A program made the translations under genes and the position numbers. This document shows positions 43,178-53,247 of a stretch of DNA of 64,000 nucleotides, piece after piece. Source of the DNA: an uncultured Acidobacteriota bacterium (GTDB taxonomy: Bacteria > Acidobacteriota > Terriglobia > Terriglobales > Acidobacteriaceae). The notes beneath the pieces were generated by a model. It worked only from the letters and a program-made list of their open reading frames with translations. It did no database searches and was not told where the DNA came from. Every line of letters begins with the position of its first letter. Position 1 is the first letter of the stretch. The stretch covers positions 1,293,949 through 1,357,948 of the forward strand of contig CAVWMB010000006.1 in the NCBI GenBank assembly GCA_963756015.1, written 5' to 3'.

Positions 43178-43186
43178 TGTTATAAT
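43178..43186 (+). promoter_or_regulatory. extended -10 promoter element TGtTATAAT upstream of mutS
   Basis: Exact TGnTATAAT match at 43178-43186, 30 nt upstream of the mutS ATG. I see no good -35 element, which is typical for extended -10 promoters. Confidence 0.4.
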
Positions 43187-43215
43187 CCGCGCCAAGCCCC
43201 CATCCGGCCGAAGCG

Positions 43216-45888
43216 ATGACCGAGCCCTCCACTCCGCTGATGCGGCAATATGCCGCCGTCAAGAAAGAACATCCCACCGCCCTGCTGTTTTTTCGCCTGG
43301 GAGATTTTTATGAACTGTTCTTCGATGACGCGATTGTCGCCTCCAAAGAACTGCAGATCACGCTCACCTCGCGTAATAAAGAAAAAGGCGTGGCTGTGCC
43401 GATGTGCGGCGTGCCCCACCACGCGGCGGAAGGCTACATTGGCAAGCTCATCCGCAAGGGCTTCAAGGTGGCAATCTGCGAGCAAATGGAGGACCCGCGC
43501 CTCGCCAAAAAACTGGTGCGGCGGGAAGTAACGCGAGTCGTTACGCCCGGAACCGCCGCGGATTCGTCGCTGGGCTCCGAAGAAAATAATTTCCTGGCGG
43601 CGCTGGCTCAGGTTGGAGAGCGGGTGGGGTTTGCGGCGCTCGACCTATCTACCGGGGACTTTCGCGCGACGGAATTTTCGGGGGAGGCTGCGCTGCGCCG
43701 GGTGCAGGAAGAACTGGAGCAGCTGCGTCCGAGAGAATTACTGTACGGCTCCGCGGCGCCGCTTTTTGATGCGAGCACATTGGATGCAAGAACCAGCCGA
43801 AGTCGATCCCCTCAATCTCGTGGGGCCGGAGACGCGTATACAGAAACTCCTCTCGACGATTGGATCTTTGCGCCGGATCATGCAATTCCGCTGCTGGAGA
43901 ATCATTTCGGAGTCTTGTCGATGGAGGGGTTTGGGCTGGCCGGGCGCCCTGCGGCGGCGGCCGCCGCCGGAGCGATTCTTTACTACGTGCGCTCAACCCA
44001 GCGCGGATCGCTCGATCACGTCGACCGCATCGGATGGTATGAACGGCAGACCTGCCTGGTGCTGGATGCGGTTACAGTGCGCAATCTGGAATTGATCGAA
44101 CCGTTATTTGCCAGCGCCGACGCCGGGGTCACGCTGTTTCGCTCAATCGATGCCGCCATCACTCCCATGGGCAAGCGGCTTCTGCGAGCCTGGCTGCTAA
44201 GGCCGTCGCTCGATCTGGCCGAGATCGATGCGCGCCTTGATGCAGTCGAAGCAGCAGTGCGGAACACTATTTCACGTGAAGAACTGCGCCGCGCCCTCGA
44301 TGGCGTGCTCGACCTGGAGCGGCTTTTGAGCCGCGTCACCCTAGAGACCGCAAATCCGCGGGATGTGCTGGCCTTGGCGGCGTCGCTGGGAAAAATTCCC
44401 GCCATCAAGGTCGCACTAGGACGCCTGGCCGCCGAGCGCCTGAACACGCTGCACACCTCACTCGATGAACTGGGCGATCTGCGTCACCGTATCGACAAAA
44501 CTATTGTTCCGGAGCCACCCTTAAGTTTCGCCGATGGCGGCGTGATTGCCACGGGCCTGGACAGCGAACTTGACGAATTGCGCGAACTCTCTCGCAACAG
44601 CAAGCAGGTTCTTGCCCAGATCGAGCAGCGGGAACGCGGCCGCACCGCGATTCATTCGCTCAAGGTAAAGTTCAACTCTATCTTCGGTTACTACATTGAA
44701 ATTTCGAAACCGAACTTGCACCTGGTTCCGCAGGATTACGAACGCAAACAAACTTTGGTGGGCGCGGAGCGCTTTACCACGCCCGAATTGAAAGAGTACG
44801 AAGCCAAAATTCTGGATGCCCAGGAAAAGATTGTCGAAAGCGAACGGCGTCTGTTCACCGAGCTGCGTACCGCAATTGCCGCCCAAGCAAAACGGATTCG
44901 ACAAACCGCGCTGGCCCTGGCTGAGGTGGATGTGCTGGCTTCCCTGTCTCACGTGGCAGCGCTGCGCGGCTATTGCAGGCCGCGTTTTATTGCCTCCGCG
45001 GAAAGTAGCGTGGGCGAAGGTTGGGCGGGCGAAATCGAAATCGTTGAGGGTCGGCATCCGGTGATCGAGCAGCAGGAAATGGCTGGCGGCAGCGAGCGCT
45101 TCGTACCCAACGATCTCTATCTAAATGCGACGACCCACACGGTGCTGCTGTTGACCGGACCGAACATGGGCGGAAAATCCACTTATTTGCGGCAGACGGC
45201 GTTGATCGTGATTCTGGCACAGATGGGTTCGTTCGTTCCGGCACGCTCGGCGCGCCTCAGCATAATCGACCGGGTCTTCACTCGCATCGGCGCGAGCGAC
45301 AACCTGGCACGCGGACGATCGACCTTCATGGTCGAGATGACGGAGACCGCGGCAATCTTGCATACCGCAACTTCCCGCTCGCTGGTTTTGCTCGATGAAG
45401 TTGGCCGCGGCACTTCGACCTACGACGGACTGGCGATTGCCTGGGCCGCCGTCGAATATTTGCATGCCCGGGTGCGCGCCAAGACTCTGTTCGCCACTCA
45501 TTATTTTGAACTGACGGAATTGGCCGAGCAGCTTTCCGGAGTTAAAAACTTTCACGTTTCGGTGAAAGAAGGCGGAAGTGGAGTGGTTTTTTTGCGTAAG
45601 GTTGAACCCGGCGCGGCCGACCGCAGCTACGGCATCGAAGTCGCCAAGCTGGCGGGCTTGCCGAGCGAGGTTGTCACGCGGGCGCGCGAAGTGCTGGCCG
45701 AGCATGAGTCGGCGGAACATGAATTGACCGGGCATCTTTCCCCCGGGGCCGCGCTTCCGCCGACACAGTTGACGATCTTTACGCCGTTGTCGCAACCGGT
45801 GTTGGACAAACTGCGGGAAGTGAATCTGAACGGTATCACTCCGCTCGAAGCATTGAATCTGCTGGCACAGTTAAAGAAGGAAATCTAA
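43216..45888 (+). CDS. mutS: DNA mismatch repair protein MutS
   Basis: 890 aa. N-terminus [30 protein letters not shown], Walker [14 protein letters not shown], and STFMVEMTE ... [14 protein letters not shown]. Confidence 0.97.
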   Translation: MTEPSTPLMRQYAAVKKEHPTALLFFRLGDFYELFFDDAIVASKELQITLTSRNKEKGVAVPMCGVPHHAAEGYIGKLIRKGFKVAICEQMEDPRLAKKLVRREVTRVVTPGTAADSSLGSEENNFLAALAQVGERVGFAALDLSTGDFRATEFSGEAALRRVQEELEQLRPRELLYGSAAPLFDASTLDARTSRSRSPQSRGAGDAYTETPLDDWIFAPDHAIPLLENHFGVLSMEGFGLAGRPAAAAAAGAILYYVRSTQRGSLDHVDRIGWYERQTCLVLDAVTVRNLELIEPLFASADAGVTLFRSIDAAITPMGKRLLRAWLLRPSLDLAEIDARLDAVEAAVRNTISREELRRALDGVLDLERLLSRVTLETANPRDVLALAASLGKIPAIKVALGRLAAERLNTLHTSLDELGDLRHRIDKTIVPEPPLSFADGGVIATGLDSELDELRELSRNSKQVLAQIEQRERGRTAIHSLKVKFNSIFGYYIEISKPNLHLVPQDYERKQTLVGAERFTTPELKEYEAKILDAQEKIVESERRLFTELRTAIAAQAKRIRQTALALAEVDVLASLSHVAALRGYCRPRFIASAESSVGEGWAGEIEIVEGRHPVIEQQEMAGGSERFVPNDLYLNATTHTVLLLTGPNMGGKSTYLRQTALIVILAQMGSFVPARSARLSIIDRVFTRIGASDNLARGRSTFMVEMTETAAILHTATSRSLVLLDEVGRGTSTYDGLAIAWAAVEYLHARVRAKTLFATHYFELTELAEQLSGVKNFHVSVKEGGSGVVFLRKVEPGAADRSYGIEVAKLAGLPSEVVTRAREVLAEHESAEHELTGHLSPGAALPPTQLTIFTPLSQPVLDKLREVNLNGITPLEALNLLAQLKKEI

Positions 45889-45890
45889 AC

Positions 45891-45918
45891 CTTGGGCGAC
45901 AGAATCTTGGGCGACAGA
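45891..45918. repeat. 15-bp tandem duplication CTTGGGCGACAGA(at/tt)
   Basis: The 13-mer cttgggcgacaga occurs at 45891-45903 and again at 45906-45918. The repeat lies between the mutS stop and the nagZ start. Confidence 0.7.
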
Positions 45919-45937
45919 TTAGGTCAGTGAAAGTGGG

Positions 45938-47098
45938 ATGACCGTTCGACGACAACCACCCGTGATCCAAGAAATAGGCCAGCTTCTGATCGCCGGCTTC
46001 GAAGGCACGAAGATGACCCCGCAACTCCGCTCCTTGCTATCGCGAGTGCAGCCTGCGGGAGTCATTCTGTTCGCGCGAAACATAAAGAATGCTGAACAGA
46101 CCTGGCGACTGCTACGCGATTGCCGCCGCTGCGTTTCGACGCCGCTATTTACCTGCGTCGACCTCGAAGGCGGCAAGGTTGACCGCTTTCGCGATGCGCT
46201 CGGCCCAACGCCCGCGGCCGCTGAGGTATTCGCCACCAGGGATCGCAAGCTCTTCCGCAAGCACGGCCGGCTCATCGGAGAGAACTGCCGAACTTTAGGA
46301 TTTAACACCGACTTCGCGCCCGTGCTCGATCTAGCCTTTGAAGCGTCGCGCGCGGTAATGAGTTCGCGATCAGTTTCGGCGAACCCTCGGGAAACTACCG
46401 CGTATGCGCGCGAATTTCTCGGCGGACTGCGTTCCGCGGGCGTACTCGGATGCGGCAAACACTTTCCCGGCCTTGGAGAAGGAAAACTCGATAGCCATTA
46501 CGACCTGCCGGTCATCGAGAAGCCACTGAAAAAACTTTGGGTCGAAGATCTGGCGCCGTATCGTGCTCTGCGCACGCAGATGCCGATGGTGATGATTTCA
46601 CATGCGGCTTATCCGCTGGTCACAAAACATCGGACTCCAGCCTCACTCTCGAAACTTTTTATTACGGACATCCTGCGCAAACGCATTCGTTACCGCAACC
46701 TCATCGTATCCGACGATCTCGAGATGGGCGGCGTATTATCTACGGCCTCGTTGGGGCAGGCTGCAGTCGAACACATTCGCGCGGGAGGAAATCTGTGCCT
46801 CATTTGCCATCGCGAGGATCGCGTCGTCGAAGCTTACGAACAACTAATCGCCGCCACCGATCGCGATCCAATTCTTGCCCGGCGGGCTGAAGAATCAGTA
46901 CGACTCGTGCTGGCATTCAAGAAAAAGCAGGCAAAGGTCCTGCGCTCCACCAGGCAACCCACTGCCGCCGCAGTCGAGCAGCTTTCAAGGAAACTGTGGG
47001 AATTTGGCGAGCAGGTGCGGCTGGAGGCTTGGGTCAAAGCCGAACAAGGTCGTGCGCAAAAAGACCGCGAAAACAATAAGAGGCGGCCGCGTCGATGA
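45938..47098 (+). CDS. nagZ: beta-N-acetylhexosaminidase (GH3, NagZ-like)
   Basis: GH3 motifs: QLLIAGFEG, CGKHFPGLG and LIVSDDLEMGG. Confidence 0.85.
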   Translation: MTVRRQPPVIQEIGQLLIAGFEGTKMTPQLRSLLSRVQPAGVILFARNIKNAEQTWRLLRDCRRCVSTPLFTCVDLEGGKVDRFRDALGPTPAAAEVFATRDRKLFRKHGRLIGENCRTLGFNTDFAPVLDLAFEASRAVMSSRSVSANPRETTAYAREFLGGLRSAGVLGCGKHFPGLGEGKLDSHYDLPVIEKPLKKLWVEDLAPYRALRTQMPMVMISHAAYPLVTKHRTPASLSKLFITDILRKRIRYRNLIVSDDLEMGGVLSTASLGQAAVEHIRAGGNLCLICHREDRVVEAYEQLIAATDRDPILARRAEESVRLVLAFKKKQAKVLRSTRQPTAAAVEQLSRKLWEFGEQVRLEAWVKAEQGRAQKDRENNKRRPRR

Positions 47099-48303
47099 TC
47101 ACCGTGCACGCGAATGACAAGGTGGCTGGGGTGATGAGCGGTACCTCCGCTGATGGTATCAACGTCGCTCTGGTACGCTTCGGCGATCGCTTTGCTGATA
47201 CCAGCGCACGCATAGCTGGTGACCCAGGGTTCGAATTGCTGGGGCACGCCGAATACTCTTATCCGCGAAAGGTCCGAACGGCTGTGCTGGCGGCGATGAA
47301 CGCTTCGCGGGCCACTGTGGCGGATTTGGCGCGCTTGAATTTTTTATTGGGAGAGTTGTATTCCACGGCAATTCTCTCGACCCAACGACGATTTGGCGTG
47401 AAAGTGCATCTAGTGGGCTGCCACGGGCAAACGCTTTATCATCAAGGCGAGCCACAACGCTTTCTGGGCCACAAGGTGGCAGCCACCTGGCAGACCGGTG
47501 AAGCGGCCGTCATTGCTGCGAGAGTTGGCGTGCCAGTGGTTTCAGATTTTCGTCCCGCCGACATGGCGGCAGGGGGCAGGGGAGCCCCACTCGTTCCTTT
47601 TCTCGATTACACGCTTTTTCGCGATGCGCGAATCGGCAGAATCGTACAGAATATTGGGGGCATCGCCAATTTAACCGCGATTCCAGCCGGCGCGGCTGTG
47701 ACCGATGTCGTCGCCTTCGATACTGGCCCGGGGAACATGGTAATCGACGCCGTCACCGAAAAGCTGTTTGGTAAGACGTTCGACCGGGGCGGAAGGATCG
47801 CTGCTTCGGGGGAAGTCTTAGGGAAGGTCATCCAACAAATGTTGCGGCACAAGTTTTTTGGCAAGAAGCCTCCTAAAACGGCGGGGCGAGAAGAATTCGG
47901 TCGCGAATTTGTGGCCGAGTTTTTAAAAAGCTGCGGAAGGTGTCGAAAACAGGACATCGTGGCAACCGCCACCGCGCTAACCGCGAAGTCGATCGCCCAG
48001 GCTGTGAGCCACTATTCGGGGGGGGATAAGTCAGGCTCGGCGCCCGCTACGGAGTTTCGCGAGATGGTTCTTTCCGGCGGCGGCGCCAGGAATTCGACGC
48101 TGGTTGTTATGTTAAAAAATGAAGTGTCGCCGCTTCAAATACAGGTGCGACTCTCCGACGAGTTTGGGCTTCCGTCGGAGGCAAAAGAGTCAGTGGCATT
48201 TGCCGTTCTCGCCCATGAAACCTGGCATCGACGCGCATCCAACATTCCTTCTGCCACCGGCGCGAAGCGCGGGGCAGTACTTGGTAAGATTTGCTATCCC
48301 TGA
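47095..48303 (+). CDS. anmK: anhydro-N-acetylmuramic acid kinase
   Basis: GVMSGTSADGINVALV and LVGCHGQTLYH. Its ATG overlaps the nagZ stop (ATGA, 47095-47098). Confidence 0.9.
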   Translation: MITVHANDKVAGVMSGTSADGINVALVRFGDRFADTSARIAGDPGFELLGHAEYSYPRKVRTAVLAAMNASRATVADLARLNFLLGELYSTAILSTQRRFGVKVHLVGCHGQTLYHQGEPQRFLGHKVAATWQTGEAAVIAARVGVPVVSDFRPADMAAGGRGAPLVPFLDYTLFRDARIGRIVQNIGGIANLTAIPAGAAVTDVVAFDTGPGNMVIDAVTEKLFGKTFDRGGRIAASGEVLGKVIQQMLRHKFFGKKPPKTAGREEFGREFVAEFLKSCGRCRKQDIVATATALTAKSIAQAVSHYSGGDKSGSAPATEFREMVLSGGGARNSTLVVMLKNEVSPLQIQVRLSDEFGLPSEAKESVAFAVLAHETWHRRASNIPSATGAKRGAVLGKICYP

Positions 48304-48321
48304 TGAAACGCCGGAGCAACC

Positions 48322-48870
48322 GTGGCGATTTACGTTTCAATGCTTCGCGGAATTAACGTTGGCGGAAACAAGAGAATCAAAATGGACCAGCTTCGCCCTT
48401 CGTTCGAGGCGCTGGGTTGCGAAAACGTCAAGACCTACATTCAGAGCGGAAACGTAATTTTTAAAACTGGAAAAGTTTCTACCGTCATTTTGTCGAAAAG
48501 AATTGAAAAGCGAATTGTCGATGATTTCGGCTTCGCGGTTTCGGTCATTTCAAGAACGGTCGAAGAACTGAGCAAGTCGATTCAGGCAAATCCGTTCATG
48601 AAGGATCGCACGATTGACCAGGAAAAACTTCACGTTATGTTTTTGTCCGCAGCTCCAGCTTCCGATGCCTTGAACAGGTTGGAGACGATAACTGTGGCGC
48701 CGGACCAGGCGCGCTGCTTCGGTAAAGAAATTTATTTATACCTTCCAAATGGGACCGCAGAGAGCAAGCTCATGAAATCTCCTCTTGACCGCATTTTGTC
48801 GGTGGTAACCACGACCCGCAACTGGAGAACCGTACACGCCCTCCACCAGATGTGCCAGGACTGCCGCTGA
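48322..48870 (+). CDS. DUF1697 domain protein
   Basis: Family-typical N-terminus IYVSMLRGINVGGNKRIKMDQLR...YIQSGNVIF. The start codon is GTG. Confidence 0.75.
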   Translation: MAIYVSMLRGINVGGNKRIKMDQLRPSFEALGCENVKTYIQSGNVIFKTGKVSTVILSKRIEKRIVDDFGFAVSVISRTVEELSKSIQANPFMKDRTIDQEKLHVMFLSAAPASDALNRLETITVAPDQARCFGKEIYLYLPNGTAESKLMKSPLDRILSVVTTTRNWRTVHALHQMCQDCR

Positions 48871-50396
48871 TGCGACGGTTGGCGCTCGCGTCCCTCGCAT
48901 TGCCTTTGCTTCTATCACTGCCTTCCTGCTCCCAACAACGCGATCCCAATACGCTGGTGATGCTGATCGAATCGAGCCCAACGAATCTCGATCCGCGGAT
49001 CGGAGTCGACGCCCAGTCGGAGCGCATCGATAATTTAATTTTCGACGATCTTCTCACCCGCGGCGACAACCTGAATGTGGCGCCGGGGCTTGCCGAACGC
49101 TGGGAGATTCCCAACCCGCTGACCTACATTTTCCATCTTCATCCTGGTGTGAAGTTTCACGACGGACGCCCGCTTACGTCCCGCGACGTCAAGTGGACCT
49201 TCGATTCCCTGATTCAAGGTAAGGTACGCAGTACCAAGTCCGCCGTCTACCGCTTTGTCGATCACATTGACGCCCCCGATGACTTCACTGTGACCTTCCA
49301 TATGAAAGAGCCGTCGGCAACGCTGCTGTGGAATCTTTCCGACGGCGCCATCGGCATTGTTCCCTATGGCAGCGGAAATGAAATGACACTTCATCCCATC
49401 GGCTCCGGACCCTTCCGTTTCGTGAGCGCTGAGACCGACAAGGAAGTGATGGTCGAACGCAACCAAGAGTACTGGGGTGAGAAGGCCAAGTTGGCTCGCG
49501 TGCGTTTTGCGGTGGTGCCGGATGCGACCACGCGTGCGCTTGAACTCCGGAAGGGCAGCGCCGACGCCACCATTAACGCACTCACGCCCGATACTGTATT
49601 TACGCTGCAGCGCGACCCAGCCCTGGCTGTGGAACGTGCTCCAGGGACTGTCCTGGCCTATCTCGGATTCAACTTGCGCGATCCGATTCTCAAGGATGTG
49701 CGGGTGCGTCAAGCCATTGCCTACGCACTGGATCGCCGGCCGATGATCGAGTATTTATGGCGCGGCGAGGCACAACTGGCTCGCAGTATTCTTCCACCCC
49801 AAAGCTGGGCTTATGACGGCAATGTGCCAGCCTACGATCACGATCCGGCCAAGGCCTGGGAGTTGCTCGATGCGGCGGGCTATCCCGAGGTCAATGGTGT
49901 GCGCTTTCACCTCACCATGAAAACATCCACCGACGAAAACACACGTCTCATGGTGGCGGTGATGCAGCAACAGTTGCGCGATGTGGGAATCGCACTCGAT
50001 ATTCGCAGCTTTGAGTTCGCTACCTTCTTCGCCGATGTGACCCACGGAGCGTTTCAGCTTTACGGCCTGCGCTGGATCGGAGGCAACGAAGATCCTGACA
50101 TCTTCGAATATGCCTTTCATTCGGCAAAATTTCCGCCCAATGGCGCCAACCGGGGCTATTACTCGAACCCGCGAGTCGATGCGCTGATTGATCTGGCCCG
50201 CCGCGAAGTGGATCAGGACAAGCGCAAGCGCGATTATGCCGAAGTGCAGCGCATCCTGGCCGAGCAGCTGCCTTATATCGATCTGTGGTATCTGGACAAC
50301 ATTCTCGTCCACAACAAAAGGGTGCGGAATCTCCAGCTGAATCCGGCGGGAAACTACGATTTCCTGCGGACGGCGAAACTTTCTCCGCAGCAATAG
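48870..50396 (+). CDS. ABC transporter substrate-binding lipoprotein, family 5 (peptide/nickel type)
   Basis: I chose the start at 48870 (TGATG overlap with the upstream stop). The signal with lipobox-like cysteine is MRRLALASLALPLLLSLPSCS. Family-5 style segments include LVMLIESSPTNLDP and FHDGRPLTSRDVKWTF. Confidence 0.85.
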   Translation: MRRLALASLALPLLLSLPSCSQQRDPNTLVMLIESSPTNLDPRIGVDAQSERIDNLIFDDLLTRGDNLNVAPGLAERWEIPNPLTYIFHLHPGVKFHDGRPLTSRDVKWTFDSLIQGKVRSTKSAVYRFVDHIDAPDDFTVTFHMKEPSATLLWNLSDGAIGIVPYGSGNEMTLHPIGSGPFRFVSAETDKEVMVERNQEYWGEKAKLARVRFAVVPDATTRALELRKGSADATINALTPDTVFTLQRDPALAVERAPGTVLAYLGFNLRDPILKDVRVRQAIAYALDRRPMIEYLWRGEAQLARSILPPQSWAYDGNVPAYDHDPAKAWELLDAAGYPEVNGVRFHLTMKTSTDENTRLMVAVMQQQLRDVGIALDIRSFEFATFFADVTHGAFQLYGLRWIGGNEDPDIFEYAFHSAKFPPNGANRGYYSNPRVDALIDLARREVDQDKRKRDYAEVQRILAEQLPYIDLWYLDNILVHNKRVRNLQLNPAGNYDFLRTAKLSPQQ

Positions 50397-50440
50397 TTCG
50401 CAAATCTCCGCGTGGTACCATCGAACTTTGGCGTAACCGC

Positions 50441-51232
50441 ATGCGAATTTTATTCATCGGCGACATTTTCGGACGCCCCGGGCGCACTATCGTTAAAGAC
50501 CGTTTGCCCGGCATCCTGCGCGATCAGGCCATCGATCTGGTCATCGCCAACGGTGAAAATTCCGCCGCCGGATTTGGCATTACGCCCGCGCTGGCTGAAG
50601 AACTCTTCGAGTTGAACATCGACGTCATCACCACCGGCAATCACGTTTGGGACAAGCGTGAAATACTGGATTACTTTCAGATGATCGAAGGCAACGGCCA
50701 CGGCCCTCAGCGCCGGGTGTTGCGGCCGGCGAATTATCCTGCGGATATGCCCGGATGGGGTTTGTACCAGGGCCGGAAGGGCAAGATTCCTTATGCTGTC
50801 ATGAATCTGCAGGGGCGCGTCTTTATGGCTTCTAATGACGATCCGTTTCGCACCGCCGACCAACTCCTGAAAACCATCGAGGCAAAAATAATTTTTGTGG
50901 ACTTCCATGCGGAGGCGACTTCGGAGAAAATCTCGCTCGGCTGGTATCTGGATGGCCGCGTGACGGCGGTGGTCGGTACCCACACTCACGTGCCTACCGC
51001 GGATGAGCGGATTCTGCCGAATGGAACGGCATACGTTACTGATGTCGGCATGACCGGGCCCTACGATGGCGTGATCGGCGTAAAGAAAGAACTGGTGGTA
51101 AATAAATTCCTGAATGGGATGCCGGTGCGCTTCGAGCCAGCCACAGGCGATGTGCGACTGTGTGCCGTCGTAATCGATTGCGACGAGAAGACGGGCAAGG
51201 CGCGGGATATCGAACGGCTGATGCTCAGCTGA
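50441..51232 (+). CDS. YmdB-like (TIGR00282-type) metallophosphoesterase
   Basis: MRILFIGDIFGRPGR, NGENSAAGFGIT, DFHAEATSEK and GTHTHVPTADERIL. I chose the in-frame ATG at 50441. Confidence 0.85.
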   Translation: MRILFIGDIFGRPGRTIVKDRLPGILRDQAIDLVIANGENSAAGFGITPALAEELFELNIDVITTGNHVWDKREILDYFQMIEGNGHGPQRRVLRPANYPADMPGWGLYQGRKGKIPYAVMNLQGRVFMASNDDPFRTADQLLKTIEAKIIFVDFHAEATSEKISLGWYLDGRVTAVVGTHTHVPTADERILPNGTAYVTDVGMTGPYDGVIGVKKELVVNKFLNGMPVRFEPATGDVRLCAVVIDCDEKTGKARDIERLMLS

Positions 51233-51368
51233 ATCCGGATTTTCCGCAAGAAGGCGGTTGCACTCCGTTCCCACGTTGCGTCGATACCGTTGCTGCTCCT
51301 GGGTAATCCAAAAGACGTTGCCCTAATAGCTATCTCCGAAACGCGGGCTGCGGGGTAAAATCGAGCGA

Positions 51369-53225
51369 ATGCGATGTGGGTTATCCATCCTCGCGGTTTG
51401 TATTCCGGTCCTAGTTGCCGGGCCACTGTCGTTCGCCGCCGAGCCGGCCGTTGACACTGCGGTTATCTCCTGCGGAAACGGAGTGCCCGGCGGAGTCAAC
51501 TGCGTTCCCTCTAAAGACGATCTGAAGCATGCGCGCAGCGCTTACGCCCACGGTCTCAGATTAAAAGATCACGACCATCTGGAAAAAGCGCTGGCGCAGT
51601 TCGATGAGGCCTCGCGCCTGGTTCCGCGTGACGTATTGTTCTTATCCGCGTGGGAACTGACGAAATCGCAACTGGTGTTTCAACATACCGAGCGGGGCGA
51701 TGCGCTTATGGCCGCAGCCCGGCGGGAGCAGGCTGCAGCGGAGTTCCGGGCCGCGCTAGACCTCGATCCTGACAACGTCTATACCCAGGAGCGCCTGAGG
51801 GAAACCGTACGTGCTCCGGTGTCTCCTAGCTTCGCCGGCTTGTCGGCGACCGTTGCCGACTCGAATGAAATCCATATACAGCCGAAAGGCGAGGTGGCAA
51901 CTTTTCACTTCACCGGTGACGTTCGCGGCTTGTTCACCGAGCTGGGGGCAGCCTACGGGGTAAATGCCGAATTTGACGATTCGGTTGCTGCCAAGTCCGT
52001 GCGCTTCTACGTGGACGACGTCGATTTCTTCACCGCTCTCGACCTTGCCTGCAAAGTCAGCAAGACCATGTGGACCGCGCTTGACGCTCACCAGGTCTTA
52101 ATCGAGGCCAATACTCCCGAAAATCATAAGCACTTCGACCGGATGTCACTGGCAACGTTTGATCTGCCCGGGGTTACCACGCCGCAACAGACAACTGAGA
52201 TTATTACGGCACTTCGCAACATTTGCGAGGTGCAAAAGATCAACACCGCGCAGGGAGGAACGCTGGAAGTGCGCGCTCCCCAGGATACGTTGCGGGCATG
52301 CACCGAATTGCTGCACCAGTTGTCTGGCGAGCGCCCGGAGGTGGCGCTCGACGTTGAGGTCTACCAGATCAGCCACAACTTCACACGCGAAATCGGAATG
52401 CATATCCCGAATACGTTCAACCTGTACAACATTCCAGTCGCGGCCCTGGCGGCATTAGGCGGACAAAACATTCAGTCGCTGATCAACCAGCTGATTTCCT
52501 CCGGAGGCATCAATCAGGCCGGAAGTTCCGCGCTCTCCGGACTGCTCGCGCAACTGCAGGGCCAGCAAAATTCCATTTTTAGCCAACCTCTGGCTACATT
52601 TGGGGGAGGCCTCACCTTCTCCGGCCTCAGTCTCGATCACCTGGCTGCGGCCCTGTCTCTGAATGAGTCGTGGGCTCGTAGCTTGAGCCGTGTCACGCTG
52701 CGCGCCTCGCAAGGCAACGAGGCAACATTCCATCTCGGTGAACGTTACCCCATCCTGAATGCTTCCTACGCGCCCATTTATAACTCGGCGGCGATTTCAG
52801 CGGTGCTGGGTAATCAGAGCTACGTCGCGCCATTTCCGTCCGTGAGTTATGAGGACTTGGGGTTGAGCCTCAAGGCGAAACCCGTAGTTCATGGCGACGG
52901 GGCAGTCACCATGAATGTCGACATGGAGGTGCGCTCGCTTACCGGACAAAGCGCAAACGGAGTGCCGGTAATTGCCAACCAGGAGTATCACGGCAGCATA
53001 CGCCTGCGCGATGGCGAACCCGCCGTGGTGGCGGGAGAAATTACTACCAACGATCAGCAGTCGATGGCCGGCATACCTGCCGTGTCAGCCATTCCAGGCA
53101 TTAATTTCGCGCTGAGCGACAACACTCGAATGAAAGAAGATGACGAGTTGCTGATCGTCATCACACCCCACGTGGTGGCAAACCGCAGTCTGGCAACGGA
53201 TGAAATCTGGCTCGGCGAAAAATAG
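51369..53225 (+). CDS. secretin-family outer-membrane channel protein with TPR-like N-terminal region
   Basis: Signal peptide MRCGLSILAVCIPVLVAGPLSFAAE. The secretin C-domain tail is IANQEYHGSIRLRDGEPAVVAGEI...AGIPAVSAIPGINFALSDNTRMKEDDELLIVITPHVV. Confidence 0.75.
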   Translation: MRCGLSILAVCIPVLVAGPLSFAAEPAVDTAVISCGNGVPGGVNCVPSKDDLKHARSAYAHGLRLKDHDHLEKALAQFDEASRLVPRDVLFLSAWELTKSQLVFQHTERGDALMAAARREQAAAEFRAALDLDPDNVYTQERLRETVRAPVSPSFAGLSATVADSNEIHIQPKGEVATFHFTGDVRGLFTELGAAYGVNAEFDDSVAAKSVRFYVDDVDFFTALDLACKVSKTMWTALDAHQVLIEANTPENHKHFDRMSLATFDLPGVTTPQQTTEIITALRNICEVQKINTAQGGTLEVRAPQDTLRACTELLHQLSGERPEVALDVEVYQISHNFTREIGMHIPNTFNLYNIPVAALAALGGQNIQSLINQLISSGGINQAGSSALSGLLAQLQGQQNSIFSQPLATFGGGLTFSGLSLDHLAAALSLNESWARSLSRVTLRASQGNEATFHLGERYPILNASYAPIYNSAAISAVLGNQSYVAPFPSVSYEDLGLSLKAKPVVHGDGAVTMNVDMEVRSLTGQSANGVPVIANQEYHGSIRLRDGEPAVVAGEITTNDQQSMAGIPAVSAIPGINFALSDNTRMKEDDELLIVITPHVVANRSLATDEIWLGEK

Positions 53226-53247
53226 CGAACCCATCGCAGGAACGCCG

